The notes: a model not told the origin generated them from the letters alone. Numbered from the stretch's first letter, positions 9,042 to 19,110 are shown. The stretch is 64,000 nt of DNA from Halodesulfurarchaeum sp. (GCA_042216015.1 JBDGUI010000013.1:1-64000); one strand, 5' to 3'. A program made the numbers and translations.

Positions 9042-9207
9042 TACCCACCGCTACCGGCCCAGCCCATTAAACTCCACCGTCACGACCCGGGCGGTGTTCA
9101 TCGAGGTGGCCGGCTTCCGATCGGCAGACGTCGGCGAGTGATTTCTCGGGATGGGTCAACGAGCGGTTCTCGTGATGGGTTCGTCCCGTGTCGCTCTCGG
9201 AGTCCGG

Positions 9208-10374
9208 TCATGCAGTCTCCCGTTCCCGCTGGAACCAGGCCAGGGAGTGCTCGCTCACGAGCTGCACGTCGACCCGCTCGCCGACCGGGTACCGGTCGTC
9301 GTGGTCGAGCAGACACGGGAGCTCGTCGCCGTTATCGAGCTCCACGTGGTAGACGAACGAGGGGCCGGTGTACTGGCGACCGATGATCGTCCCGTTACCG
9401 CTCCCCGCCGTCGGGGCTTCGATGGCGACGTCGTCGGGACGGACGAGGAGGTCGATCCGAGCCCCCGACTCGGCGGGGGAACCACCGTTCAGAACCTCAC
9501 GGTCGAACTCCCCGAGTCCGGTCTCGACCCCTCCGTCGACCCGTGCGGAGAGAAAGCCAGCCTGGCCGAGGAAACTCGCGACGAACCTGGTCCGGGGCTG
9601 CTGGAAGACCGTGGATGGGTCACCCACTTGCTCGACGCGTCCCTCGTGCATCACCGCGACCCGGTCGCTGATCGAGAGTGCCTCCTCCTGATCGTGGGTC
9701 ACCGAGATCGCCGTGACCCCCGCCTCCTTCAATATGCGTCTGACCTCCTCGCGCATCTCGACCCGGAGGCGCACGTCGAGGTTCGAGAACGGCTCATCGA
9801 GGAGCAGGATGTCCGGCTCCGGGGCCAGCGCCCGGGCGAGTGCGACCCGCTGTTTCTGCCCGCCGGAGAGCTGGTCGGGCGAGCGATCGCCGAAGTCCTC
9901 GAGGTCGACGAGATCGAGGAGGGCTTCGACGCGGTCCTCGGCAACTGCCGCCGGAGCATCCTCGAGCCCGAAGGCGACGTTCTCGCGAACGGAGAGGTGG
10001 GGGAAGAGCGCGAAATCCTGGAAGACCATCCCGACGCTGCGCTCCTCGGGCGGCAGCGATCGTTCGGCGTTGGCGACGACGTCGCCGTCGATCGTGATCT
10101 CCCCGGTGCCTGGCTCCTCCAGGCCGGCGAGCAGGCGGAGGGTCGTCGTTTTTCCACAGCCCGAGGGACCGAGAAGCGTGAGGAGTTCGCCGTCCCGGAC
10201 CGAGAACGAGAGGTCCTCGACGGCCTTCTCGGGGCCGTAGGCCTTCGAGACGTCCTCGACGCAGAGAATCGTCTCGGCCGGATCGAGCGTGGTCGCCGTC
10301 TCCTCCCCGTCACTGCTGGCCGCATTGGCCGGTGAGTCACTGTGGTCACGCCGCTCGGCGATCTCCTCAGACAT
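9208..10374 (-). CDS. Fe3+-type ABC transporter ATP-binding subunit
   Basis: GPSGCGKT, LSGGQKQR, LLLDEPFSNLD, C-terminal TOBE-like domain. Confidence 0.93.
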   Translation of the reverse strand: MSEEIAERRDHSDSPANAASSDGEETATTLDPAETILCVEDVSKAYGPEKAVEDLSFSVRDGELLTLLGPSGCGKTTTLRLLAGLEEPGTGEITIDGDVVANAERSLPPEERSVGMVFQDFALFPHLSVRENVAFGLEDAPAAVAEDRVEALLDLVDLEDFGDRSPDQLSGGQKQRVALARALAPEPDILLLDEPFSNLDVRLRVEMREEVRRILKEAGVTAISVTHDQEEALSISDRVAVMHEGRVEQVGDPSTVFQQPRTRFVASFLGQAGFLSARVDGGVETGLGEFDREVLNGGSPAESGARIDLLVRPDDVAIEAPTAGSGNGTIIGRQYTGPSFVYHVELDNGDELPCLLDHDDRYPVGERVDVQLVSEHSLAWFQRERETA

Positions 10375-11980
10375 CGAATCGCCCCCGTTCGAGGAGGACG
10401 AAGATCGACAGCCCGGAGAGGCCCACGAGCAGGATGGCGGGGACGGCGGCGCTGCCGTATGATCCCGAGGCCTGAATGGTCCAGAGGTAGGTGACGATGG
10501 TCTCGAATCCCGTCGGATGCAACATGAGCGTGGCGGGCAACTCCTTCATCGTGGTGAGAAAGACGAGGGCCCCACCGGCTGCGACCCCCGGCAGGACGAG
10601 GGGGAGTGTCACCCGACGAAACGCCCGCAACGGTGTGGTTCCGAGCGTCCGGGCGGACTCGACGAGCTGGGTGTCCACCTGGAGGAGGGAGGATCGAACC
10701 GTGCTCACGGACTGGGGCAGGAACCGGACGAGGTAGGCAAAGAGCAGGAGGGGGATCGTCTGGTAGAGTGCCGGCACGTACGCCGCTCCGAAGTACACGA
10801 GCGCCAGCCCGAGCACGATCCCCGGCATCGCGTACCCGACGTAGGTCGAGCGCTCGATCAGCCGGGCGAGCCGGCCGCCCCGATGGGCGGAGAGGTACGC
10901 CACCGGGAGCGCTGCGAGTGTCGCCAGGAGCGCCGCCGCCGCGGAGACCGACACCGAGTTGAGGGCGTAGGTCAGCTGGAAGCCGGCAGCCCCGCCGACC
11001 CCGGCGCTGCCCAGGAGGAGCCACCCCACGAGGACAGCGAGTGGAACCGCCAGGGTGACGGTCCCGACGAGCGCCGGAAAGAGCAGCGCCGGCCAGCGCC
11101 ACCGGCCCAGCGAGACCTGGAGAGCCTCGTCCCCACCGCGACTCCGGGTCGTGTAGGCCTCGGCGTCCGCGGAGCCGATTCGGGACTCGATGGCCAGCAC
11201 GAGTGCGGTCACGGCGAGCAACTGGAGTGAGAGCAGCGCGGCCAGATCGCGGGCGAAGGTGTTGTACTCCACGAAAATGACCCGCGTGAACGTGTCGAAG
11301 TGCATGATGGCCGGCGTTCCGAAGTCCGAAAGCGTGTAGAGTGCAACCAGCAGGGCACCGCCGGCGATGCCCGGCAGGATCCGGGGCAGGGTGATGGCCC
11401 GGAAGGCCTGCAGACGGCCTCGATCCAGGGTTCGAGCCGCCTCGACGAGCCTGGCGTCGAAGGTGAGAAGCGCCGCCCGCGTGGCGATGAAGACGTACGG
11501 GTAGGTGAAGAGCGTGAGAACGAGGGCCGCTCCCTCGAAGCCGTATATCGTCGGCACGATCCCGCCGAGTGGGCCCAGCGCGTCGGCGAGGATGCCCTGG
11601 GGACCGAACGCCGAGACGAACGCGAACGCGCCGATGTAGCTCGGGACGACGATGGGCAGCGCACCCACGACGGTCACCGCCCGGGGGACGGGTACGTCGG
11701 TCCGAACCACCAGGATCGCGAGTGGGACCCCGATGAGAATCGACCCACCGGTCACCACCCCGACGAGGGCGACGCTGTTCACCAGGGTCTCGATGGCGGT
11801 GGGTCGGAGGAGGAGGTGGCCGATTCGTCCGATGCCGAGGTCGGCAGCCCGGAGCACCAGCCAGACGACGGGCGAGAGCACGGCGAGCGCGATGGCCATC
11901 CCGAGCAGAAGCAGGCCGCTGGTCCGGTACGTAGCCAGTAGCCGCTCTGCTCGCTTCCGATATCCCCTCCCCTTCTCCAT
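10367..11980 (-). CDS. Fe3+-type ABC transporter permease (fused double domain)
   Basis: Two EAA loops (EAARTL, ESARTLG), SDFGTP and MKELPATLML typical of FbpB/SfuB. Confidence 0.92.
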   Translation of the reverse strand: MEKGRGYRKRAERLLATYRTSGLLLLGMAIALAVLSPVVWLVLRAADLGIGRIGHLLLRPTAIETLVNSVALVGVVTGGSILIGVPLAILVVRTDVPVPRAVTVVGALPIVVPSYIGAFAFVSAFGPQGILADALGPLGGIVPTIYGFEGAALVLTLFTYPYVFIATRAALLTFDARLVEAARTLDRGRLQAFRAITLPRILPGIAGGALLVALYTLSDFGTPAIMHFDTFTRVIFVEYNTFARDLAALLSLQLLAVTALVLAIESRIGSADAEAYTTRSRGGDEALQVSLGRWRWPALLFPALVGTVTLAVPLAVLVGWLLLGSAGVGGAAGFQLTYALNSVSVSAAAALLATLAALPVAYLSAHRGGRLARLIERSTYVGYAMPGIVLGLALVYFGAAYVPALYQTIPLLLFAYLVRFLPQSVSTVRSSLLQVDTQLVESARTLGTTPLRAFRRVTLPLVLPGVAAGGALVFLTTMKELPATLMLHPTGFETIVTYLWTIQASGSYGSAAVPAILLVGLSGLSIFVLLERGRFDV

Positions 11981-11983
11981 CCC

Positions 11984-13087
11984 TTACAGCACCCCCGTCT
12001 CGCGCATGAGCCGCAGGGTCGGTCGGACGTTGGCGAGCTTCGTGAGGTCGATGCTCGGCGGATTCAGCTCCTCGATCGACGGAAGCGACCCGGGCGGGTC
12101 GATTCCGGGGACGAGCGGGTACTCGTAGGCCTTCTCCGCGAGGAACGACTGGACCTCGGCCGTCAGGAAGTGGGCGATGAAGTCCGTGGCGAGGGTGGGG
12201 ACCCGACTCGATTGCAGGACGAGTGCGCCACTCGCATTGATGAGCGCCCCCGCGTCTCCGGACGTGAAGGCCAGATCGAGGGGTGCATCCGGCTTCGCCT
12301 CGGCGAGCCTGAGGGCGTAGTAGTGGTTCGCGAAGCCAGCGTCGAGTTCCCCTTCGGCGACGGCGTTCGTCACCATGAACTCGCCGCCGTAGCTGCTCAC
12401 CCCCATGTCCTGCATGTCCGTGAGCCATTGCCGAGTCTCCGATTCCCCACGGAGCAGTCGCATCGCCGTCACGAACGATTGGAACGCGGCGTAAGTGGGT
12501 GCCCACCCCATATTATTGCCGAACCCGGGGGTTTCGGGGATCTCGGCGACCGTCTCTGGGACGTCGGATTCGTCGTACGTCTCGGTGTTGTACGGGATGG
12601 CCCGGGCGCGCCCGGAGATGCCGACCCACCGGCCGCTCGAATCCCGGAACCCGTCGGGCACGATCCCCGTCACCTCGGTGGGGAGTGTCACCCCCAGTCC
12701 CCGCTGGGCGATGGCTCCCAGGGCGCCGACGTCGATCGACCAGAACACGTCCGCCGGCGAGTTGCCGTGTTTTTCCTCCTCGACGATCGTGTTCGCGAGC
12801 GAGGCCGAGCTATCTCGCCTGACGGAGAGTTCGAGGTCGGGATACAGCTCGGTCTCGAAGTGCTCGAGCAGTTCCCGGTAGAGACCCCCCTCTCCCCGAC
12901 CGAGGTAGACGGTCAACTCCCCCGAGAGGTCCGGGAGATCGGTGAGCTGGGGTGCCTGTCCGGTCACGGTGGCCGGCTCAGGATCGAACTCCGCACCCGC
13001 CGGATTCGACTGCCCGCCCCCCAGACAGCCCGCCAGCCCCCCGAGCGCCGTGGTCCCCACCCCGGCGAGGAAGTCTCGTCGGTGCAT
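11984..13087 (-). CDS. Fe3+ ABC substrate-binding lipoprotein (Tat exported)
   Basis: MHRRDFL twin-arginine signal, LAGC lipobox, SPADVFW, ANHYY tandem Tyr iron ligands. Confidence 0.92.
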   Translation of the reverse strand: MHRRDFLAGVGTTALGGLAGCLGGGQSNPAGAEFDPEPATVTGQAPQLTDLPDLSGELTVYLGRGEGGLYRELLEHFETELYPDLELSVRRDSSASLANTIVEEEKHGNSPADVFWSIDVGALGAIAQRGLGVTLPTEVTGIVPDGFRDSSGRWVGISGRARAIPYNTETYDESDVPETVAEIPETPGFGNNMGWAPTYAAFQSFVTAMRLLRGESETRQWLTDMQDMGVSSYGGEFMVTNAVAEGELDAGFANHYYALRLAEAKPDAPLDLAFTSGDAGALINASGALVLQSSRVPTLATDFIAHFLTAEVQSFLAEKAYEYPLVPGIDPPGSLPSIEELNPPSIDLTKLANVRPTLRLMRETGVL

Positions 13088-14307
13088 CACTGCAGGGGTC
13101 GGTATCGGGCGAGTCCGATCAGTCCCATGGCGATCACCGCCGCCAGCACCCCGAACCCAGGCGCCTCGGTCTGGGTGGTCGAATCTGCCGTGGGGGTCGA
13201 TTCGGCCGTGCTGGTCGGTTTATCGGTGGCCCCGAGATCGATCTCGGTGTCCTCCTGGGCGGCGAGGATTTCCGCCGCCTCGTGCAGCCGTCCCTCGACG
13301 GCTTCGACCGTCTCGCGGACCTCGCTCACGGAGGCGTTCGATTCGATCAGTCCGGGCAGGCGTTCGTTGAAGTCGGCCTCGAGTTTCTCCACGAGATCGG
13401 GTCGCTCCTCGATGAGCGTCCCCTCGATCCCCTCGAAGTTCGAGAGGTAGGTCTGCTTGATGATGGACTTCGCTTTCGCCGGATTCCCGGCCGCGTAGGC
13501 CTCGACTGCCTCGTGGAGGTCACTTTCGATGCGCTCGATGGTTTTTGAACCGTCGTCACCGGATTGGACCTCGAGACCGGTGTATTCGGCGAGTTCGGCC
13601 CTGATCGATCCGACCATGTTCGAGACCTCACTCGGCGGCGCCCGCTCGGCCATCGAGGCGTTCAGGGACGCGAACATCTCCTCGAGTTCCGCGGCGGCGT
13701 GATCGGAGACGGACCCCCGGATCCGGTTCCGGTAGCGCGTTGTGGCCTGGTCGGCATACGCGTCCGCAGCCCAGTAGTCCATCTCCTCGCTGATCGTGCC
13801 GGTTTCATCGACTCCCTCGGCGTACTCGGCGTTCGCGCGCTCGAGGAGTCCGGCGACCACCTTCGCGTTGAAGGTGGCATTCTGCAGGCGCTGTTCGCTC
13901 GCGAGACCCGATCGGGCCCGGTCGAGAAGCGGGAGCACCGTCTCGTTCACGACAGTCGCGTAGACACTTGCGGTATCGTTTTTCGCGGCCCGATGTGCGG
14001 ACTGGAAGGCGCTCTCGAGTTCGGCTCCGAGCGTCTCGTTGACCGCCGATACCTCCGTCACCACGACCGGGCCGAGTTCCTCGACGACCTCGGTGGTGTG
14101 TTCGATCGCGGCGTCACGGTTGCCCGCCCGGAACTGCTCGACGGACAGGACGAGGTGCCCCTCGATTTCGTCCGTGACTCTGATCGGCGAGACGGCTCCG
14201 TCGTCCGCGGACGCGGCGACCGCTCCGATTCCGCTCGGAACGACGAGCGATAGCAGTATCCCGAGAAGGACGATTAGGTGCCAGATGGATCGGTTCTGTA
14301 TCTCCAT
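13087..14307 (-). CDS. Secreted helical-bundle protein with PGF-CTERM anchor, first gene of the iron operon
   Basis: Sec-type signal, repeated helical units (GHL..., YLSNFEGIE), Thr/Ser linker, APGFG, TM segment, basic tail. Confidence 0.82.
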   Translation of the reverse strand: MEIQNRSIWHLIVLLGILLSLVVPSGIGAVAASADDGAVSPIRVTDEIEGHLVLSVEQFRAGNRDAAIEHTTEVVEELGPVVVTEVSAVNETLGAELESAFQSAHRAAKNDTASVYATVVNETVLPLLDRARSGLASEQRLQNATFNAKVVAGLLERANAEYAEGVDETGTISEEMDYWAADAYADQATTRYRNRIRGSVSDHAAAELEEMFASLNASMAERAPPSEVSNMVGSIRAELAEYTGLEVQSGDDGSKTIERIESDLHEAVEAYAAGNPAKAKSIIKQTYLSNFEGIEGTLIEERPDLVEKLEADFNERLPGLIESNASVSEVRETVEAVEGRLHEAAEILAAQEDTEIDLGATDKPTSTAESTPTADSTTQTEAPGFGVLAAVIAMGLIGLARYRPLQ

Positions 14308-14308
14308 T

Positions 14309-14343
14309 TTAGGCCACCCTAATGTTTAGGGTTGCTTAAAATA
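14309..14343. promoter_or_regulatory. Tandem DtxR/Idr-like operator boxes overlapping the promoter of the iron operon
   Basis: TTAGG-CCAC-CCTAA (14309-14322) and TTAGG-GTTG-CTTAA (14326-14339); minus-strand TATTTTAAG at 14335-14343. Confidence 0.75.
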
Positions 14344-14456
14344 GACTTTACGCTTCCCGATTGTTTGAGCGCGTTCGGCGGGAGTGGTGGCTCTGCCGGC
14401 CGACTCGCGAGTTCGGTGTCGGCTCGGAGACGGCGGTGTGGCGGAATGGGACCGTG

Positions 14457-14531
14457 AAATCGTGACGGCCTTCCTGCTGTGGAATTGGGACGGCCCCCTG
14501 GAGGAAAAATCGTGACGGCCTCCCCGAGGAG
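14457..14531. repeat. Three degenerate 25-bp tandem repeats
   Basis: AAATCGTGACGGCCT at 14457 and 14507; GAATTGGGACGGCCC at 14482. Confidence 0.75.
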
Positions 14532-14595
14532 TTTCCAGACCCGGAGTGGCTGGTGCGAAACCGTTTTTGCCATCACCCAGTAACTACCGGCCACC

Positions 14596-14949
14596 ATGAG
14601 CCAGAACCCGGACGACGACCGTCTCGAGGAACTTCGCGAGCAGAAATTGCAGGAACTGCAGGAGTCCCAGGGTGGGGAGGGGGCTGGCGAGGAGGCGATG
14701 GAGGCCCAGCGCGAGCAGGCAGAGGCCCAGAAGAAGGCCCTCCTCCGCCAGCATCTCACCGACGGGGCGCGAAAGCGACTCAACACGGTGAAGATGAGCC
14801 GCGAGCAGTTCGGCGAACAGGTCGAACAGCAGATCGTCGGGCTCGCCCGATCCGGGCGACTGCGCGAGAAGATCGACGAGGAGAAGATGAAAGAACTCCT
14901 GCGGGAGATGAAACCGGACTCGAAGAGCTTCGACATCTCACGACGGTAG
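14596..14949 (+). CDS. PDCD5/TFAR19 family DNA-binding protein
   Basis: [13 protein letters not shown]...[19 protein letters not shown]...[10 protein letters not shown]. Confidence 0.92.
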   Translation: MSQNPDDDRLEELREQKLQELQESQGGEGAGEEAMEAQREQAEAQKKALLRQHLTDGARKRLNTVKMSREQFGEQVEQQIVGLARSGRLREKIDEEKMKELLREMKPDSKSFDISRR

Positions 14950-15035
14950 CCACGCGGCTGGTTTGGCTCGTTCTCTCGTCCCTCGGGAATTGCTGGATGG
15001 ACAGGTACAAGCGCCGGGTGGTCCAACTCCCTGCC

Positions 15036-16334
15036 ATGTACGACCGGCTGAAGGGATTTCGGGACTTCTACCCCGGGGAGATGGCCGCCCGTCGGGCGAT
15101 GATCGACACCCTCGAGGCCACCGCCCGCCGGTACGGATTCAGGGAGATCGGCACGCCCGCGCTCGAGCAGACCGCGATGTACGTCGAGAAGAGCGGCGAG
15201 GAGATCGTCGAGGAGTTGTACGCATTCACCGACGACGGGGGCCGCGAGGTCGCCATGACCCCGGAGCTGACGCCCACGGTCGCCCGGATGGTCGTGGCGA
15301 AACAGCAGGAACTGTCAAAGCCCATCAAGTGGGTCTCGACCCGCCCCTTCTGGCGGTACGAGGAACCCCAGCAGGGTCGCTTCCGCGAGTTCTACCAGCT
15401 CAACGCCGACATCTTCGGGTCGGCCGAACCGACCGCCGACGCCGAGATCCTCGCCTACGCCGCCGACGCCCTGACCGGGCTCGGCCTCACCGCCGGGGAC
15501 TTCGAGTTCCGCGTCTCCCACAGGGACATCCTCTCCGGCCTCCTCGAATCCATCTCGGGCGAGGTCGACACCCGGGCGGCGATCCGGGCGGTCGACAAGC
15601 GGGAGAAGATCGAGCGAGCCGAGTATCACGACCTGCTCGTCGACGCCGGACTCACTCGCGAACAGGCCGCCGAGTTCGACGATCTCCTCGAACTCGGCGA
15701 CCTCGAGGCGGTGATCGAATTTGCCGGAACCGAGCGGGTCACCGAGGCCGTACAGAACCTCCGGGGAGTCCTCGCCGCGGCCGAGGACTACGGCGTCCGG
15801 GAGTACCTCACGCTCTCGCTCGAAACGGCCAGGGGACTTGATTACTACACCGGCGTGGTCTTCGAGTGCTTCGACTCGACCGGGGACGTCTCGAGAGCGG
15901 TCTTCGGCGGCGGGCGCTACGACGACCTCATCGAGAGCTTCGGCGGGCAGCCCACCCCCGCAGTGGGGGTGGCTCCGGGCCTCGCGCCGCTCTCGCTTTT
16001 GCTCGAGCGGGCCGGCGTCTGGCCCGAGGAGTCACTCGCGACTGACTACTACGTCCTCCAGATCGGTGACACCCGCTCCGAAGCCGCCCGGATCGTCCGG
16101 GCGCTGCGGGATCGGGGTCACGTCGTCGAGACCGACGTCTCCGGGCGCTCCTTCGGCGCGCAGCTGGACTACGCCGACTCGATCAACGCCGAGACGGTGA
16201 TCATCGTCGGCGAGCAGGACCTGAGCGAGGGCATGGTCACGGTGAAGGACATGGCATCGGGCGACCAGCAACAGGTGCCGGTCGATTCGTTCCCCGGCGA
16301 CCACGAGGAGCCCCGCCTGGCCGACTTCGAATAG
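15036..16334 (+). CDS. hisS: Histidine--tRNA ligase
   Basis: KGFRDFYP, PELTPTVAR, RYEEPQQGRFREFYQ, RGLDYYTG, GGGRYD; ATG at 15036. Confidence 0.97.
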   Translation: MYDRLKGFRDFYPGEMAARRAMIDTLEATARRYGFREIGTPALEQTAMYVEKSGEEIVEELYAFTDDGGREVAMTPELTPTVARMVVAKQQELSKPIKWVSTRPFWRYEEPQQGRFREFYQLNADIFGSAEPTADAEILAYAADALTGLGLTAGDFEFRVSHRDILSGLLESISGEVDTRAAIRAVDKREKIERAEYHDLLVDAGLTREQAAEFDDLLELGDLEAVIEFAGTERVTEAVQNLRGVLAAAEDYGVREYLTLSLETARGLDYYTGVVFECFDSTGDVSRAVFGGGRYDDLIESFGGQPTPAVGVAPGLAPLSLLLERAGVWPEESLATDYYVLQIGDTRSEAARIVRALRDRGHVVETDVSGRSFGAQLDYADSINAETVIIVGEQDLSEGMVTVKDMASGDQQQVPVDSFPGDHEEPRLADFE

Positions 16335-16335
16335 G

Positions 16336-17289
16336 ATGCGGGCCTACCGGGTCGCCTACGACGGCCGAGCGTACCACGGTTTCCAACGCCAACCCGACGT
16401 TCCGACCGTCGAGGACGCGCTGTGTTCGGGCCTGCGGGAGCTTGGCCTCGAGTTCGAGGGGACGCCCCCGGGATATGCTGCGGCCGGTCGCACGGATCGG
16501 GGCGTCTCGGCCCTGGCCCAGACCGTCGCCTTCGACGCCCCGGAGTGGCTCACCCCGCGAGCCTTCACGACACACCTGCCCGAGGACGTGCACGTGTGGG
16601 CGAGCGCGAGCGTGCCCGAGGATTTCCACGCGACCCACGACGCGATCTCGCGGGAGTACACCTACTTCCTCCATGCTTCGGATGGTTTCCGCGACCCGGA
16701 TGGCGAGTCAGTTTCGGGACTGGGCCACGGTGCAGTGGGAGAGGCCGCCCCGGAGCCGGGTCGGGAGATGGGCGATTTACCAGCCCCGGACCGCATCGGT
16801 GAACTCGAATCGAGGCTCTCGGGCGAACACGACTTCCACAACCTGAGCGCCGCGGAAGCCGGGACCGTCAGGGACCTCTCGGTCACGAGCAGCCGAGCGG
16901 GTGAGTACCGGGTGATCGAGGTTCGAGCCGCCGGGTTTCCCCGCCAGTTGGTCCGCCGGCTCGTTTCTCTCTACGACCGGGTTCGCCGGGGCGAGGACTC
17001 CCTCGCTTTCGTCGATCGGGTGCTGTCCCCGGAACCGCTTCCGGGACCCGAGGGAATCGAACCGGCGCCGGCTCACCCCCTGGTCCTGACCGAGGTCGCG
17101 TACGGAGTCGACTTCGAGCCCGATCCGACCGCCGCGGCGCTGGCCCACGAGGCGCTTTCGGCGCAGGCACGCCGGGACCGAACGCGGGCGACCGCGCTCG
17201 ATTCGATCGATGGGCGTCTGGAATTCGGCCCCGATGACCGTGCAGAGGGCTCGACGTCCGAGATCGGGGGCCGCCCCGACAACCCTTAA
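16336..17289 (+). CDS. truA: tRNA pseudouridine(38-40) synthase
   Basis: AYDGRAYHGFQRQP, AGRTDRGVSA, GEHDFHN, FPRQLVRR. Confidence 0.94.
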   Translation: MRAYRVAYDGRAYHGFQRQPDVPTVEDALCSGLRELGLEFEGTPPGYAAAGRTDRGVSALAQTVAFDAPEWLTPRAFTTHLPEDVHVWASASVPEDFHATHDAISREYTYFLHASDGFRDPDGESVSGLGHGAVGEAAPEPGREMGDLPAPDRIGELESRLSGEHDFHNLSAAEAGTVRDLSVTSSRAGEYRVIEVRAAGFPRQLVRRLVSLYDRVRRGEDSLAFVDRVLSPEPLPGPEGIEPAPAHPLVLTEVAYGVDFEPDPTAAALAHEALSAQARRDRTRATALDSIDGRLEFGPDDRAEGSTSEIGGRPDNP

Positions 17290-17313
17290 TCTCTCCCGCG
17301 TGCCACGCGAGGT

Positions 17314-19110
17314 ATGGGAGAGGTACCAGCACGCGAGGAACTGCCGGTCGAGTCCACCTGGGAACTCGAATCGATCTTCGAGTCGACGGCGGAGTGGGAG
17401 GAGGCCTTCGAGGACGTCTCGGCGCGACTCGACTCGATTCGCGAGTACGAGGGCCGACTCGGCGAGGACGGCGAAACCCTCGCCGAGGCGCTCTCGACAC
17501 GCGACGAACTGGCCCGCGAGGTCGAGCAGGTCGTCGCCTACGCCCGGATGCGCTCGGACGAGGACACCCGCGATCAGGAGGCACAGGGCCGGGCGACCCG
17601 CGCCCGGACGCTCGCCGCCGAGGCCTCGAGTGCGAGTTCGTTCGTCGAGCCCGAGATCCAGCAACTCCCCGCCGAGCGGGTGACCGGGATGCTCGAGACG
17701 ACCCCCGAGCTCGAGACGTACGAGCACTACCTCGAGGACGTCCTCCGGCTCGCACCCCACACCCGCTCCGCGGAGGTCGAGGAGGTCCTCTCGGAACTGG
17801 GCGAGGTGCTTGGCGCGCCCTCGGACATCTATGGCAAACTCACGGACGCCGATTTGACCTTCCCGACCGTCGAGGACGCCGAGGGTGAGGGTGTGGAGAT
17901 CACCCAGTCGAACTTCACGTCGCTGCTCCAGCGGTCAGACCGGGATTTCAGAGGGCGGGTCTACGAGGCCTTCTACGGCGAACTCGACGGGGTCCGCAAC
18001 ACCCTCGGGACCGCACTGAACCACCAGGTCCGAAAGCACGTCAAGAGCGCCGACATCCGGGACTACGGGTCCCCCCGCGCGGCCGCCCTCGACGGGGCGA
18101 ACGTCCCCGAGACCGTCTACGACGCGTTGGTGGACACCGTCGAGTCGAACCTCGACACGCTCCATCGGCACCTCGAACTGAAGGCCGACGCGCTCGACCT
18201 CGACGAACTGGCGATGTGGGACGTGTACGTCCCGACCGCACCTGGCGAGAGCCCGGAAATCGCCTACGAGGACGCCACTGACATGGTGGTCGAGGCACTC
18301 GCCCCGCTCGGGAGGGACTATCAGGAACGGGTGGCCGAGGGAATCGACTCCCGCTGGATCGACGTCCACGAGAACCGGGGCAAGCGCTCGGGCGCGTACT
18401 CCGGCGGGACCTACGACACCCAGCCCTACATCCTCTTGAACTGGCAATCGGACGTCTCCTCGCTGTACACGCTCGCCCACGAACTCGGGCACTCGATGCA
18501 CTCCCAGCTCGCAAACGAGGCCCAGCCCTACGTGGACGCGGACTACGAGATCTTCGTCGCGGAGGTGGCCTCGACGGTCAACGAGACCCTGCTCACCCAC
18601 CACCTGCTCGAAACCGTCGAGGACGAGCGGTTCCGGGCCCACGTCCTCGACCAGTTCCTCGAGCGCTTCCGCTCGACGCTCTACCGCCAGACCCTCTTTG
18701 CCGCCTTCGAGTCGGAGATCCACGAGCGCTCGGCGGCCGGCGAGCCGCTGACGCCCGACCGGCTTGACGACCTGTACGGCGACCGGAAGGAACGCTACTA
18801 CGAGCCCGCGGCCGTCGACGACACGATCCGCGCGGAGTGGATGCGGATCCCGCATTTCTACTACAACTTCTACGTCTACCAGTATGCGACCGGCCTGAGC
18901 GCCGCCGTGGCGATCGTCGACCGCATCGAGCGCGAGGGCGACTCGGCGGCAGGGGACTACCTCGACGCCCTGGCTCTCGGCGGGAGCGAGTACCCACTCG
19001 ACGTGCTCCGAACTGCAGGCGTCGACATGGCCGAACCCGATCCGATCGAGACGGCGATCGGGGAGTACGGAACCCGAATCGGGGAGATGGCCGACCTGTT
19101 GGCAACGTAG
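17314..19110 (+). CDS. pepF: Oligoendopeptidase F (M3B)
   Basis: KRSGAYS, TLAHELGHSMH, FVAEVAS, RIPHFYYNFYVYQYA. Confidence 0.95.
   Translation: MGEVPAREELPVESTWELESIFESTAEWEEAFEDVSARLDSIREYEGRLGEDGETLAEALSTRDELAREVEQVVAYARMRSDEDTRDQEAQGRATRARTLAAEASSASSFVEPEIQQLPAERVTGMLETTPELETYEHYLEDVLRLAPHTRSAEVEEVLSELGEVLGAPSDIYGKLTDADLTFPTVEDAEGEGVEITQSNFTSLLQRSDRDFRGRVYEAFYGELDGVRNTLGTALNHQVRKHVKSADIRDYGSPRAAALDGANVPETVYDALVDTVESNLDTLHRHLELKADALDLDELAMWDVYVPTAPGESPEIAYEDATDMVVEALAPLGRDYQERVAEGIDSRWIDVHENRGKRSGAYSGGTYDTQPYILLNWQSDVSSLYTLAHELGHSMHSQLANEAQPYVDADYEIFVAEVASTVNETLLTHHLLETVEDERFRAHVLDQFLERFRSTLYRQTLFAAFESEIHERSAAGEPLTPDRLDDLYGDRKERYYEPAAVDDTIRAEWMRIPHFYYNFYVYQYATGLSAAVAIVDRIEREGDSAAGDYLDALALGGSEYPLDVLRTAGVDMAEPDPIETAIGEYGTRIGEMADLLAT

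Noticed and set aside
9729..12506. 925-aa minus-strand ORF and many other long alternative ORFs (e.g. 28905-30806, 56628-58529, 61959-63701)
   Set aside because: Arg/Pro/Gly-rich off-frame or antisense shadows of clear genes, expected in high-GC DNA; no family motifs.
14457..14531. Mini CRISPR array (also considered for 25231-25312)
   Set aside because: The units are contiguous and degenerate with no unique 30-40-nt spacers, and there are no cas genes.
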